Counted from the whole stretch's first letter, positions 22,260-33,973 are shown. The stretch: 63,925 nucleotides of DNA, filler included, from Stramenopiles sp. TOSAG23-2 (GCA_900128395.1; 4 parts of 4 records of this genome joined end to end with filler, not necessarily neighbours in it), one strand, 5' to 3'. The notes: generated by a model from the letters alone, not told the origin. Numbers and translations: made by a program.

Positions 22260-22478
22260 TTAAATTTCTGCTTTACGTGTCGTTTCTACACCACCATTTT
22301 CCACTACTACCTTCACCTTTTCCGCGTGGATCCTCTCTTTCCTCTGCCCTCGTTTCAAACATTTCATGACCCACATACGGAAGTTTTTATCATACCGCTC
22401 TTGATCTGCTAGACAATCACCATGAGCAAAAGTCACAAGAGCAAAGCACAATAATAAAAAGTAGAAATGGCGAGCCAT
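22260..22478 (-). pseudogene. Truncated or internally deleted paralog of the 21560 secreted protein
   Basis: The first ~33 codons and upstream region closely match 21459-22040, then similarity ends abruptly after DKNFR. Confidence 0.65.
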
Positions 22479-22862
22479 AGTTATTTTTGTCAGTATCAAT
22501 TGTATAAAATACAAGTATAGTCGGTTATGATGTTGAATATAATTTTTTTATAAGAATCAATCGTTTCGTGGAAATCGTTGCTAGAGTGTATCTTTTAGTA
22601 GAAGACGTGTTTGCTTTTTGGAGGAATAGAGGAGTCTAGGGAACTATTTTTTTAATTAATGAATAAATATATATTTTCACGACGTACAGGATTGAGAAAA
22701 AAAAAATAGTGGCGTGGTGCTGTGTGTATAATATTAATATATGTTCGTCTTCTTTTGAATGGTGGTAATCTGTTCTGGCAATCCAGCAATCCAGCAATCA
22801 TCCAGCAATTGTTTTTTTTTTTTTAAAAAGGCTGCTGGAAAATAACCACCAAAACCATGCCC

Positions 22863-23160
22863 GGCAGATTATTAAATCGGAGCCAACCGAAAATATTAGC
22901 ATAGGAATAGCATTATATAAGAGTTGGAGAGTAGGGTTCAAGCGGAACGAAATCAAGCGGAACGAAATTGGATCAAAATATGCCGATTATTGATATTATT
23001 AAAATACAAATATCCGATTATTATTTTGTAAAATGGTATATTACTTTAGTTATTTATTTAAAAAAAAATGAAATCACAAAATCCTTTTTTGAAATTCAGT
23101 TTTTGATAAGATTTCGTTCCGCTTGATTTCGGTCCCATTGGCTCCGATTTAGAATCTACC
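22863..23160. mobile_element. MITE-like element with imperfect TIRs and subterminal 15-bp repeats
   Basis: GGCAGATTATTAAATCGGAGCCAA versus TTGGCTCCGATTTAGAATCTACC. TCAAGCGGAACGAAA x2 at 22938 and inverted at 23111-23126. Absent from the paralogous site near 22000. Confidence 0.75.
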
Positions 23161-23623
23161 TAAGGCATGCTTACTCAGGAAACCACCGCTATGCTATTCG
23201 CCTATACTAACGCTACACTCCTTTTAAAATGGAGCAAGGAGCGTAGCGACGTATAGACGTATAAGGCATGCTATCCCGATGCTAACGCTGCTGATCTTTG
23301 GTGCAGGGCATTGTACTAAAGATCAGATTATACTGCTGGGCGGGCATCTGGAATATAAAAAAATAATAATTTTTTAGAAATTGGAGAAAAAAACAACAAA
23401 AATTTGGTGCGAGATGACCCATGAACATAGCATCTAGCATGCACACAGCTTTAGTAAATGGTACCAATTACCAGTGGATTTTGCAAATACAGGCAATAAG
23501 TACATATTTTAAAAAAAATAAAATTCAGCGTTATGAGATAGTGTAGCACTATCATAGATTTAATATGCATTTTATAATAAATATATTTTAATTTACGAGT
23601 AAGAAATTATTATAGATTTAAAT

Positions 23624-23693
23624 GAGAGTATTGACACACTAGTGTGAGATAGATTATTGCCTCGGTTACATTATTCTTATGGAGAGTAGGAAT
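23624..23693 (-). repeat. Dispersed conserved non-coding element, copy 3 (short, inverted)
   Basis: Reverse complement reads ATTCCTACTCTCCATAAGAATAATGTAACCGAGGCAATAATCTATCTCACACTAGTGTGTCAATACTCTC. Confidence 0.7.
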
Positions 23694-23760
23694 ATTCCCA
23701 TCTACCGCTCCTGATCTTCATGGCTTTATGCCTTTGTTCTGATAGATGGGAAAAATCCTA

Positions 23761-25095
23761 TTATTTTTTAGATGACTCGACAATGGTGTCAAGTATGGTA
23801 AGAAGCTGTTGGCCTGCACGGCCCTTAGCATGTCGAATTAGTGCGTACTTGGATGCACCTTTTGCTAGACCCGTCTTACAAGTCTTGGCCATTTCACTAG
23901 CTTCCTTGTACCATAAATCGATGGGCTTCGCTTTGACTATTCGTGGGTAAAGTGCGAGCTTTGAAAACTCAAAGCCAAAATCAAGAGTGTTGATTGACTG
24001 CGTCGCATTTTGCTCGGCAGAAGAGATACATACAATGATGAGTGAGTTGGCATCTCCCGACATGCTTTCGGCTAGAAGCGAGACTGTGTCAGAATCAGAT
24101 TGCGTCTTCGAACTCATCGCTACTCGTGTGGCCTTTGACTTACGCCTCGCAGCCGAGAGCTCGCGAAGGCGCTGTGATAGCATCATCAAGGAATAGTTAC
24201 ACACTGCACCTGACATAGCTTGTAGACCACAATCTTTCCAATGTTTTGAGCCGTGGGCATCTTTCATTCGCTCCGAGCCAGCCAGGTCCACGAACTGGAA
24301 TCTGCTTTTACGCAGTAAGTTAGATGAACGATCGAAGGCGTAGAGGTTGAGGTAAACAAAGCAGTGAGATCGAGACGACGAGTCGTTCATTTTTGTCCCC
24401 GTTGTACTACGTGATGCAATGGCACGAAAGAGCTCTAGGAGCGATTCGATGCTATCAAGCTTCATTTCCCGCTGCCCCCACAGGATGGGGGGTTTTGTCA
24501 TCTTCGAAACAATAACGTCACTAATATTACGAAATCCGTTTTCTTTTGCGTAAAACTGACTGTCACCTGGCCGCCTCAACATGTCACGATTGCCTTCGAG
24601 AAACCGTACCTCAACGGCGCTGACCGTCAGCAAATACCTTATGGACGACTTATCACGCTCCTTCATTTCCTCGATTCGGCCCATAATGTCAATGATCCCC
24701 CGAGGGCATATGCCGTACTCATCCACGACCTCTGCGCCCCACTTCCCACTACCGGCTCTTCGCATAAGGTTTGGTGGACCGAACATGGTATGCGTCTTAC
24801 CACTCCCCGTTTGGCCATAACACATCACATTCACGCTTATGCCATCGAGGAAGGCGTTGATACGCGGCTGCATAAACTTGGCATACACCTGCGCCTGCCC
24901 ATCACTAGGCGAGACGATGTGGTGTGGGTACAAGAAGTCTCGCACGCGACCCATATGCGTTGCGACACGGACACCTTTCGCTCCTACCGTCACTGCTGGA
25001 GAGGCATATTTACCTAAACCACTCACTTCCCCACCACCCGCGCCAGCACCGAGGGGCTTGACTCTAACCACAGCAAAACCAGTCTCTAACATCAT
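23761..25095 (-). CDS. Kinesin motor-domain protein (motor only, GC-rich)
   Basis: P-loop YGQTGSGKTHTM, switch I NDSSSRSH, switch II VDLAGSER; no obvious stalk. Confidence 0.92.
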   Translation of the reverse strand: MMLETGFAVVRVKPLGAGAGGGEVSGLGKYASPAVTVGAKGVRVATHMGRVRDFLYPHHIVSPSDGQAQVYAKFMQPRINAFLDGISVNVMCYGQTGSGKTHTMFGPPNLMRRAGSGKWGAEVVDEYGICPRGIIDIMGRIEEMKERDKSSIRYLLTVSAVEVRFLEGNRDMLRRPGDSQFYAKENGFRNISDVIVSKMTKPPILWGQREMKLDSIESLLELFRAIASRSTTGTKMNDSSSRSHCFVYLNLYAFDRSSNLLRKSRFQFVDLAGSERMKDAHGSKHWKDCGLQAMSGAVCNYSLMMLSQRLRELSAARRKSKATRVAMSSKTQSDSDTVSLLAESMSGDANSLIIVCISSAEQNATQSINTLDFGFEFSKLALYPRIVKAKPIDLWYKEASEMAKTCKTGLAKGASKYALIRHAKGRAGQQLLTILDTIVESSKK

Positions 25096-25353
25096 TACTG
25101 ATCCTTGTGTGAAAAAAATAAATTTGTCGATTGAGTAATAATCGATTTGCCTCGCCTATTTTTTTTGTGCTTCTCCTGACATTGTTGATGGACTCTGGTG
25201 TAAACAATAAATGGGACGTGTAAAAAGTGAAAAAACAGAAGAAAATGAAATTGATATTTTTTTTTAATGCAAAATATAATAATTATTGTTACAAACAAAA
25301 GAAGGAGTAAATTAAAAAATATTATTATAAAAAAATATGAAAAAAAATAATGC

Positions 25354-25380
25354 GGAAACCTTGTAGAAACCTTCTAGAAG
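25354..25380. promoter_or_regulatory. Putative heat-shock element upstream of Hsp104/ClpB
   Basis: GAAACCTTGTAGAAACCTTCTAGAAG contains TTCTAGAA and alternating GAA/TTC units, about 350 bp before the ATG. Spacing is partly non-canonical. Confidence 0.5.
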
Positions 25381-25729
25381 AGTCCTTAATAATTATAAGA
25401 CGGCTAGAGTCCTTAATAATATACCCACTTTGATGAGCCCAAAATCCTTTTAGCACCACACATCACCACACAACATAATAATAATAATAAATACGACCCG
25501 TAAATACGAGCTTCAACAAAACATAAATATACAGAGATAGATATAGATGTAAAAGATAGATAAACAAAGAACAGAAACAAAAAAAGAAAACAAGAACAAA
25601 GAACAAAAGATAATAACAACAAGAAAAACAAAAACTACTGTGTTAACAAAAAAAAAGTAAAACAATTTATATATATTGACATATAAATATACACACACAA
25701 AAAAAGGCAGAATAATATAATATAATAAA

Positions 25730-28536
25730 ATGAATAACAACAAATTTACAGAACGTACTATTCAAATCTTTGAACAAGTTGATGCTATATGTAAAGAATT
25801 TAAAAATGCTCAATACTTTGATACACATTTAGCATACGTATTGCTAACAGATGATAAATCACTTGGTGCAAATATTTTAAAGAAAATTAATGTACCAATT
25901 GAGTCAATACAATCACCGTTACGACGAATGATTTTGAAACATCCGGTTCAAGATCCACCTCCATTAACCATAGGCCCAAGTAATACTTTTCGTTCATTTA
26001 TAAATGCCGCGGAAAAAGAACAAAAAAGTAAAAAAGATACATATCTTGGAGAAAATCATATGTTAATGGCATTAGCAAAAGAGAAACGTATCATGACGGA
26101 ACTTTGTAAAAATGGGTTGTTAAACAAAACTGCATTTACCAATGCAATTCAACATGTATGTTAAATTCATCTTCAGCGGATCAGCAATTTGAAGCATTAA
26201 GTAAATATGGCATAAATGTTTGTGAACGTGCAATGGAAGGTGAATTGGATCCTGTCATTGGCAGAGATGAAGAAATACGCCGTGTCTTGCAAATTTTAAG
26301 TCGACGTACAAAAAACAATCCAGTCTTAATTGGTGAACCAGGTGTTGGTAAAACAGCTATTGTCGAAGGTTTAGCTCAACGTATTGTTGCAGGTGATGTC
26401 CCTGAAAATTTAGATTGTGAATTATTTTCCTTAGATATGGGTGCATTAATTGCAGGTGCGAAACATCAAGGTGAATTTGAAGAGCGATTAAAAGCTGTTT
26501 TATCAGAAGTAACAGATGAAACTAGAACGAAAAAAGTGATTTTATTTATTGATGAGATGCATTTGTTAATGGGTACCGGTAGAACAAGTGGTGCAATGGA
26601 TGCTGCTAATTTATTAAAACCAATGCTTGCACGTGGAAAATTAAGATGTATTGGTGCAACGACAAATGATGAATATCGTCAATATGTTGAAAAAGATAGT
26701 GCATTTGAACGAAGATTTCAACAAGTACATGTAAAAGAACCAACTGTACCAAGTACAATTAGTATTTTACGAGGATTAAAAAGCAAATATGAAATGCATC
26801 ATGGTGTTCAAATTGCAGATAATGCTCTTGTTGCCGCAGCACAATTATCAAAACGTTATATTTTGCAACGTTTTTTACCGGACAAAGCTATTGACTTAGT
26901 TGATGAAGCATGTGCGAATGTACGTGTTCAACTCGATTCAAGACCAGAACAAATTGATGTATTGGAGCGACAAAAATTACAATTGGAAATTGAATTAAGT
27001 GCATTAAAACGTGAAAAAGATAGTGCAAGTAAAAAACGCAAGTTAAAGGTAAAAAAAGATCTGCAAAATATTGAAGAATCGTTAAGGCCATTACTTGCAA
27101 AATGGGAACACGAAAGATCACGTGTAAATGAATTGAAAACATTGAAAGAAAAATTAGAACGTTTACAAAAAAAAGCTATTGATGCAAGGAGAAAAGGAGA
27201 TATTGCTGCTGCAAGTGATTTGGAATATTATGCTATACCAGACACAGAAAAACGTTTAAAAGAACTATCACAAAAATTAGATGATGAGAAAAAAACAATT
27301 TCAACATCGTCATCCAATAAACCAATGTTAACTGAACGTGTTGATGTTGAAAAAATTGCAGAAGTGGTTTCAAGGTGGACGGGCATCCCAGTAACAAAAT
27401 TAAATCAAACCCAAAAAACTCGTTTATTAAAATTGAGAAAAAAATTATCCAAACGTGTTGTAGGACAAGCCAAAGCAGTCGAAAGTGTTTCAAATGCAAT
27501 ATTACGTTCACGAGCTGGATTATCAAGATTAAATCAACCTACTGGATCATTTCTTTTTTTAGGACCGACTGGTGTTGGAAAAACAGAGTTAGCAAAAGCA
27601 TTAGCAAGCGAGCTGTTTGATGATGAAAATTGCATGGTACGAATTGATATGTCTGAATATATGGAGAAACATTCCATTTCGCGATTGATTGGTTCCCCTC
27701 CGGGTTACGTTGGGCATGATGAAGGTGGACAATTAACCGAAGCAGTAAGACGCAGACCATATAATGTCATATTATTTGATGAAGTTGAAAAAGCACATCC
27801 TGAAGTATTGAACTTATTGTTACAAGTTTTAGATGATGGAAGGTTAACTGATTCACATGGGAAAACTGTTGATTTTTGCAACACCGTAATTGTTATGACA
27901 AGTAATATTGGAGCAAAGTTTTTATTGGAGGAAGCAAAAAAAGATAATAACATGGAAAAGATGAATCTTGATGATGAAGAGGAAAACTTTTTCGACAAAG
28001 CGCCTTTATCTTCTTCTTCTTCAAATTATAATAATAACAAACGAAGAAAAATGAAAAAAGATCTTTCCAACGGTGTTGATAAAGCCATGAATGCAGTGAA
28101 AAATTATTTTCGCCCGGAATTTTTAAATCGATTAAGCGATATATGCGTCTTTAATCCATTACGCAAGCAACAATTGCGTCAAATCTGTTCCAATCAAATG
28201 AATAATATTGCAAAACGACTTGGTCAACATGGTATGACCTTAGAAGTGAAAGATTCCGCATTGGATTATATGATTAATGAGGCATATGAACCAGAATATG
28301 GTGCAAGACCATTACAAAGATATGTTGAAGATGCATTAATTACACCAATATCTACGATGATTATCTCTGGAGAGGCATCGAATGGAGATACCATATTTGT
28401 TACTTATAACAAAAGCAAAGATGAATTGGCATTTTTAGCAAGACAACGAACTGGAAACAGTTTTTCTAAAACAAAATCATCTGAAAATAAGAAAGTAGTA
28501 CGCCCAATGACAAGACTCGACTCATGGGAAAATTAA
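25730..28536 (+). CDS. clpB: Cytosolic Hsp104/Hsp101 (ClpB-family) disaggregase, broken by a frameshift near 26158
   Basis: Clp N-domain in 25730-26164. [26 protein letters not shown], coiled-coil M domain, [15 protein letters not shown] and GARPL in 26158-28536. Confidence 0.93.
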
Positions 28537-29036
28537 TCTTCATACACATGAAGTGTACACACTGAAGACAGTGTAAAAAAATAAAAAATTGAAAAATAAA
28601 ATTGAAAAATAAAATTGAAAAATAAAAATGAAAAACAAAAATAAGAGTATATTAAATATACGATACACAAGCCAAAATATGAAAAAATAAAATTAAAAAT
28701 AAAATATAAATTAATACGATGTCGTATATATATGTATTTTTCTCTTACTCATATTTTATATTAAATTTGTTTTACTCCCGTTCATTAACATCTCGAATCA
28801 AATATATATACTCGTAATATTATATATAATAAATGAAATAAAATAATATGTGAAAAAAAAAATATTACGAAAAAGAGATATAAAAAAAAAAGTGATGTGA
28901 GGAAAATAAAAACTCCTCTCCCTGATATTAAAAACTGATATATTAAAATATTTTTTTTAAAAAAAAATAAAAAATTATACACACACGACACACCTCTCTG
29001 TTTTTTTTGAAAAAAAATATTAAACACCATATTTTT

Positions 29037-29702
29037 TTATTTACCATTTTGTATTGTTAATGAAGTTTCATCATCATTATTATTTAACATTTCATTAATA
29101 TCATTTCTATCTAGCACTAAAGTAGACTTTCTCTTTTCTAATCGTTTTCTAGCTTCAGTCTGATCGTTCAGCAATTTCAATTTTGCATGTTTTTCATGCA
29201 ATAAATGAGATTCAAAAGCTGCAGATGTCATGCTTTTCTGAGGTGTTATCGTAGATAAGCGTCGCTGCTTTTCACTTTCCAGTTTTTTTTCGTTTTTATT
29301 ATGTGCTTGTTCCACGACTTCAATTTTTTCTTTTTGTTTATTTTGTTTATCCACGATAACATTTAATTCGTTCCATAGATAAGGCATCGTAATTTTATAC
29401 CCAAAAGACATCGCTGTAAAAGTCAGAGATCCAACCCCGAATTTTAACGTGGTATTTGGCAATATCGTCGTTGAATTATTAATTTCTTCTATTGCCAATA
29501 AAAACGTCGAAAAGCGTTGTATACCACCTCTATTTATTCTATAATCATCATCAATTTTTTTCCGATATTGTGGAAACAATGCAGCAATAAAGGTGGACGA
29601 TGGTGGTGTTTTTGCATGGACACATTTGATGTGATTGTATGATAATATTATTATTATTATTATTATTTGGACGATTATCATTTGGAGGAATGGCATTTTC
29701 AA
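29037..29702 (-). pseudogene. Internally deleted class C GPCR-like receptor (start of Venus-flytrap/ANF domain fused to a probable last TM and tail)
   Basis: Signal peptide, then ALFP...FLLAIEEINNSTTILPNTTLKF (typical ANF-receptor N-terminus), followed directly by a hydrophobic segment and a charged tail. Only 221 aa. Confidence 0.6.
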
Positions 29703-30709
29703 AATACAGGATGTCTATATAGATATATAGACAATTGTATTATATACGTTATATATATATATATTTCTTGTAGTTATTTTTAATAATTGTTGTAACGCAA
29801 TGATTGTGTATATAATCGTATATATTATATCTCTTAAAACAATAATATAATATTAAGTATATTTTTCCTGATGGATGATTTTTTTTCAATTTGTGGCACT
29901 TTGAAAAACAATATTTAAAATAATAAATTATATTTCTTATTTCCAGTGGTGTTCTTATTTGTACATATAAATTATTGTATAAGAAGATATATATTACAAA
30001 TCTGATTATTTTCTAACATATACATATACACATATCTCTCTCTGGATCATCCTTTCCACATTGTTACTTACATTTGCATCGCATACATCACTCATTACAT
30101 CATATGGATTTAGTTAAATAATATTATTAAATCGTTACTGTAGATGTTTTACCCGACGACGTCCGACGGCACGCATCTATACTGTACCTTAATACCTGGT
30201 ATTTAGCTTATATACTACTAATGAAACACTTAAATATCTATCAAAACACTCCATGGGAATAGCATTGTGACGGACTGGAAGGGATTTTGAGGAGAAGAGC
30301 CAGAAAAGAAGCCAGAAAAGAAGCCACCACCAGAGCAGCAGAGCAGCAGACCAGCAGAGCACCAGACATCGAATCTGGACATCACATTCATTTTTAAAAA
30401 TATATTCTATGTGCCTATCGCATTTAATACAATATGACTTGTTGCACTTATATTGTAAGTCGTCGGCCAGTAGAAATATATATATTATATCCCATAGAAG
30501 AGATAAACAGTACATCAATATATTTCATTAAATCTATTTATATCAAGATTACAACTTTGTAGGTCATTCATATTTATATTTTCTCTTTTTTAAAATAAAA
30601 GAATGAATAGTAACAATCAAGGTACCTCTGAAATATCACGTGACTTAAATGGTGCAAGATCTGCGTTTGATCATTCATATTTATATTTTCTCTTTTTTAA
30701 AATAAAAGA

Positions 30710-31594
30710 ATGAATAGTAACAATCAAGGTACCTCTGAAATATCACGTGACTTAAATGGTGCAAGATCTGCGTTTGAAGAAAGAAATGCAGAAGCATCTA
30801 AATTATATCATTCATTAGCAGAAAGCACGGCAGGGACTGCTGGTGAAGAATCAGGACATCAAATTGGTGTAACAGTGGAACGTAATCATATCAAAACCGA
30901 TACATTTATTATTGGTTCACTTGTCCCTTCTACCATGTTGTCTTGCGCTAAATGTTTTTTAAATAGTAGTATTGATATTGTACCAGCAGCAGTTGGGCGA
31001 TTTCTTATATCAGGTGCAATAGGTGTTTCATGTATAGTTAGTCTTACCTATTATGTTCAATCGGAACGCTATAAAAAGCATTACAATCGCGAGCGCGATC
31101 GAGAAGAATGGGAGTTGGAAAATTATAAAGAAGGAGAAGTTAGGGAAATGGTTGAATTATACGAAAGCAAAGGAATGACACCATCAGATGCTATGTCTGT
31201 TATACGTAAAATATCAAAATATCGTGATTTTTTTATCGATGTAATGATGGTTGAAGAACTAGAAATGAAACGTCCAACTGAATTTGGTATGATAGATTGT
31301 TTACAATATTCATTTGTTCCTAGTTTAATGGGTGGATTAATAGTTTCGTTACCATTTTCATTGCAATTTATGTTGCCATCTGTTTATGAAAAATATAATT
31401 TCATACCAAATGATTTCACAACATTAGAATATGCAACATATATTGTTACTTTCATTTTATTATTTTGTGCAGAAAAATATAAATCGACATTAGATAATAA
31501 TGAAGATTTAAAAAGTAAAATTGGCATTATAATGTTAGGTGTTATATGTATCATAGTACCACAATTAGTTTGGAATATGGTTAATGTTGTATAA
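30710..31594 (+). CDS. Divergent VIT1/CCC1-family metal transporter-like protein
   Basis: ERDREEWELENYKEGEVREMVELYESKGM...FIDVMMVEEL metal-binding domain flanked by TM helices. Confidence 0.75.
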   Translation: MNSNNQGTSEISRDLNGARSAFEERNAEASKLYHSLAESTAGTAGEESGHQIGVTVERNHIKTDTFIIGSLVPSTMLSCAKCFLNSSIDIVPAAVGRFLISGAIGVSCIVSLTYYVQSERYKKHYNRERDREEWELENYKEGEVREMVELYESKGMTPSDAMSVIRKISKYRDFFIDVMMVEELEMKRPTEFGMIDCLQYSFVPSLMGGLIVSLPFSLQFMLPSVYEKYNFIPNDFTTLEYATYIVTFILLFCAEKYKSTLDNNEDLKSKIGIIMLGVICIIVPQLVWNMVNVV

Positions 31595-32199
31595 GATGAA
31601 GGCGATGTCTTTTTTTGTTTGGTACGTACATGTTAGGTGTTATATGTATCATAGTACCACAATTAGTTTGGAATATGGTTAATGTTGTATAAGATGAAGG
31701 CGATGTCTTTTTTTGTTTGGTACGTACATGTTATGTATTACAAAAAGAATATTTCGATAGTGTAATATGTGGGATATATATTATTAATTTATGCGACGAC
31801 ATCTATATGCATACTTCGTAGTTTTTAGTGTAGAGAGAGAGAAAGACAAGAAATCACACACACCTCATACATTTTTGTTCTATATGTGTGTGTGAGAAAA
31901 TTAAATTTTTTTTTTATATCTATAGGGAAAGCGATATATTATTAACGAAGTAGTCTGTACAATAATCTATAGGAATATATTTAAAATGCCCAAACAATTT
32001 TTCAATTAACTTTTTAATTTCTACGTGCGCGTAAAATTTTTAATCTTTTTAACGTCGTATACGTTTTGCATTTGCACATTTCTCTCCTCTCCTCTAAAAT
32101 TTTATTTTATTTTTTTTATTTTTTTGCACGCCATTGTACACATAACTCCTCTACGAAATATCAAATACAAATATATATATATATATATTCAAATCGATT

Positions 32200-33162
32200 T
32201 TAATATGTTTTCGTAAAACCAAATGGATCTGGTAATTGATTTGTACGAACATCTATACGATTGGCTGTCATCGTTAAAAAAGGATCCATCATTGGTGTAC
32301 CACCAGTTGCACCAATACCACCCATCATCATTTGTTGTTGATTATTAAATGGAATAGCACCACCCATTTGCATTCCTGGTGCTTGCATTGGTACAGCACC
32401 ACCATTACTATACATCGTTGCACTTGGTTGTCTCATATTAGGCATTTGTTGGTTCATCATCATAGCTTGTTGTTGTGGCATTTGCATCGGTACGCCACTG
32501 TTGCCCATTGGCATCGTTGGCGTAACGCCTTGTCCTAAACTAGCTTGTCCTTTTAAAGATGCTTCATATATTTGTTGCCTTCTCTTTGCTAAGTCTTCAA
32601 ATTTTGCTTCAATATGACGTTTTAATAAACCTAAACGAAAAAAAGCAGCTTCATTATACATTCCACGTAGAGTTTCTTCATCGTCTGGTAATATACCATC
32701 GCGCAAGAAATTTAACACATGTTCAAATAACAAACCATCACGATCGAAGTAATAATGTCCATCATTATCAGGTTCGACAGGGGAATTCTCTGAACATAAC
32801 GTTGATAATACGGAGAAACGATCACGTGTTAATACTTCAGCAGTTGCTTCCATTCTACTGCCACCAACGTTTAATTTAAAACGTTCCATTTTCTTAGCCT
32901 CATCTAATGCAGCTGCTGGCCATTTCTCAGCCACTTCAAGTTCAAATTTTTTCCTGTCTTCTTCTAAAAGTTCTTTCTCCTCTGCTAACATTGCACATTC
33001 TCTACGAAACGCATCTTTATGGTTTTGTACACGTACAGATGCTGCTTTTAAACGTCGCCACCTTTCACCTATAATATCACTTTCCATTTTCAAACGATCG
33101 GCAACTTCACTGACTAATAGGTCACGATGTGTCGGACCACGAAAACTCGATACAGACGTCAT
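32200..33162 (-). CDS. Coiled-coil plus KCTD-type BTB/POZ (T1) domain protein with M/Q/P-rich tail
   Basis: KLNVGG...YYFDRDGLLFEHVLNFLRDG...EAAFFRL. Confidence 0.9.
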   Translation of the reverse strand: MTSVSSFRGPTHRDLLVSEVADRLKMESDIIGERWRRLKAASVRVQNHKDAFRRECAMLAEEKELLEEDRKKFELEVAEKWPAAALDEAKKMERFKLNVGGSRMEATAEVLTRDRFSVLSTLCSENSPVEPDNDGHYYFDRDGLLFEHVLNFLRDGILPDDEETLRGMYNEAAFFRLGLLKRHIEAKFEDLAKRRQQIYEASLKGQASLGQGVTPTMPMGNSGVPMQMPQQQAMMMNQQMPNMRQPSATMYSNGGAVPMQAPGMQMGGAIPFNNQQQMMMGGIGATGGTPMMDPFLTMTANRIDVRTNQLPDPFGFTKTY

Positions 33163-33973
33163 GATGATGTTAAATTACAATACTTATAATAATAATAATA
33201 ATAATAATAATTCTAACAATAAGAACAACTCTATCAAAAAGTAATGTTTTGATATTTCTTCTCTCTGTCTGTTTACATCGTCTTTTGTATTTTTGAACAT
33301 AAACTGTTATTTTTTTTCAAAACTATTTTTTTTTCGATCAACTTCGCGATAAAAAATAACGTCGATCGTTTAGTATAGGAATACCATTATGAATATAAAT
33401 ATCCATAAACTATGTATTTCATATTGTAACATGATTGTAATGTAATTAAATTAAAACTTACAAGGTAAATACAACATTTTTTTTCAAGATTAAAATCCAT
33501 ATTGTATACTAGTAATAAAATAGTCAAAATAGTCAAATAACTTCATGGAAAAAAAGAAGAAATAGACTACAAAATATCAGGGCTTTAAGTATAAAAATGT
33601 AAAGCCACCTACCACTAGATCGAGATTCTGTTCCTAGTAGATTACGTGCGTAAAGCGTAAATTTAAGTAAAGTAGCTGGTATAGCACTGTAATATAATTT
33701 GGTTAAAAAGAACGAAGGGCAGAACACATAAGGAAATAAGGATTAAAAAATGGGAGCCATGTGGGGAGGAATATTTAATAAATAATAATTAGAAGACTAA
33801 ATAGATAAGAAGGGAGAAGGAAGAGTGTCATACATCATCCTCAGAAGAGATAGTGTATTATATATATATATAAGAGATATCATTTACATTTTGTTTGTTT
33901 CGCCTGGAGATAAGGATTCAACAACAGAAATTAATATATATATATATATATATATATTAAAAAATAATTAAAA

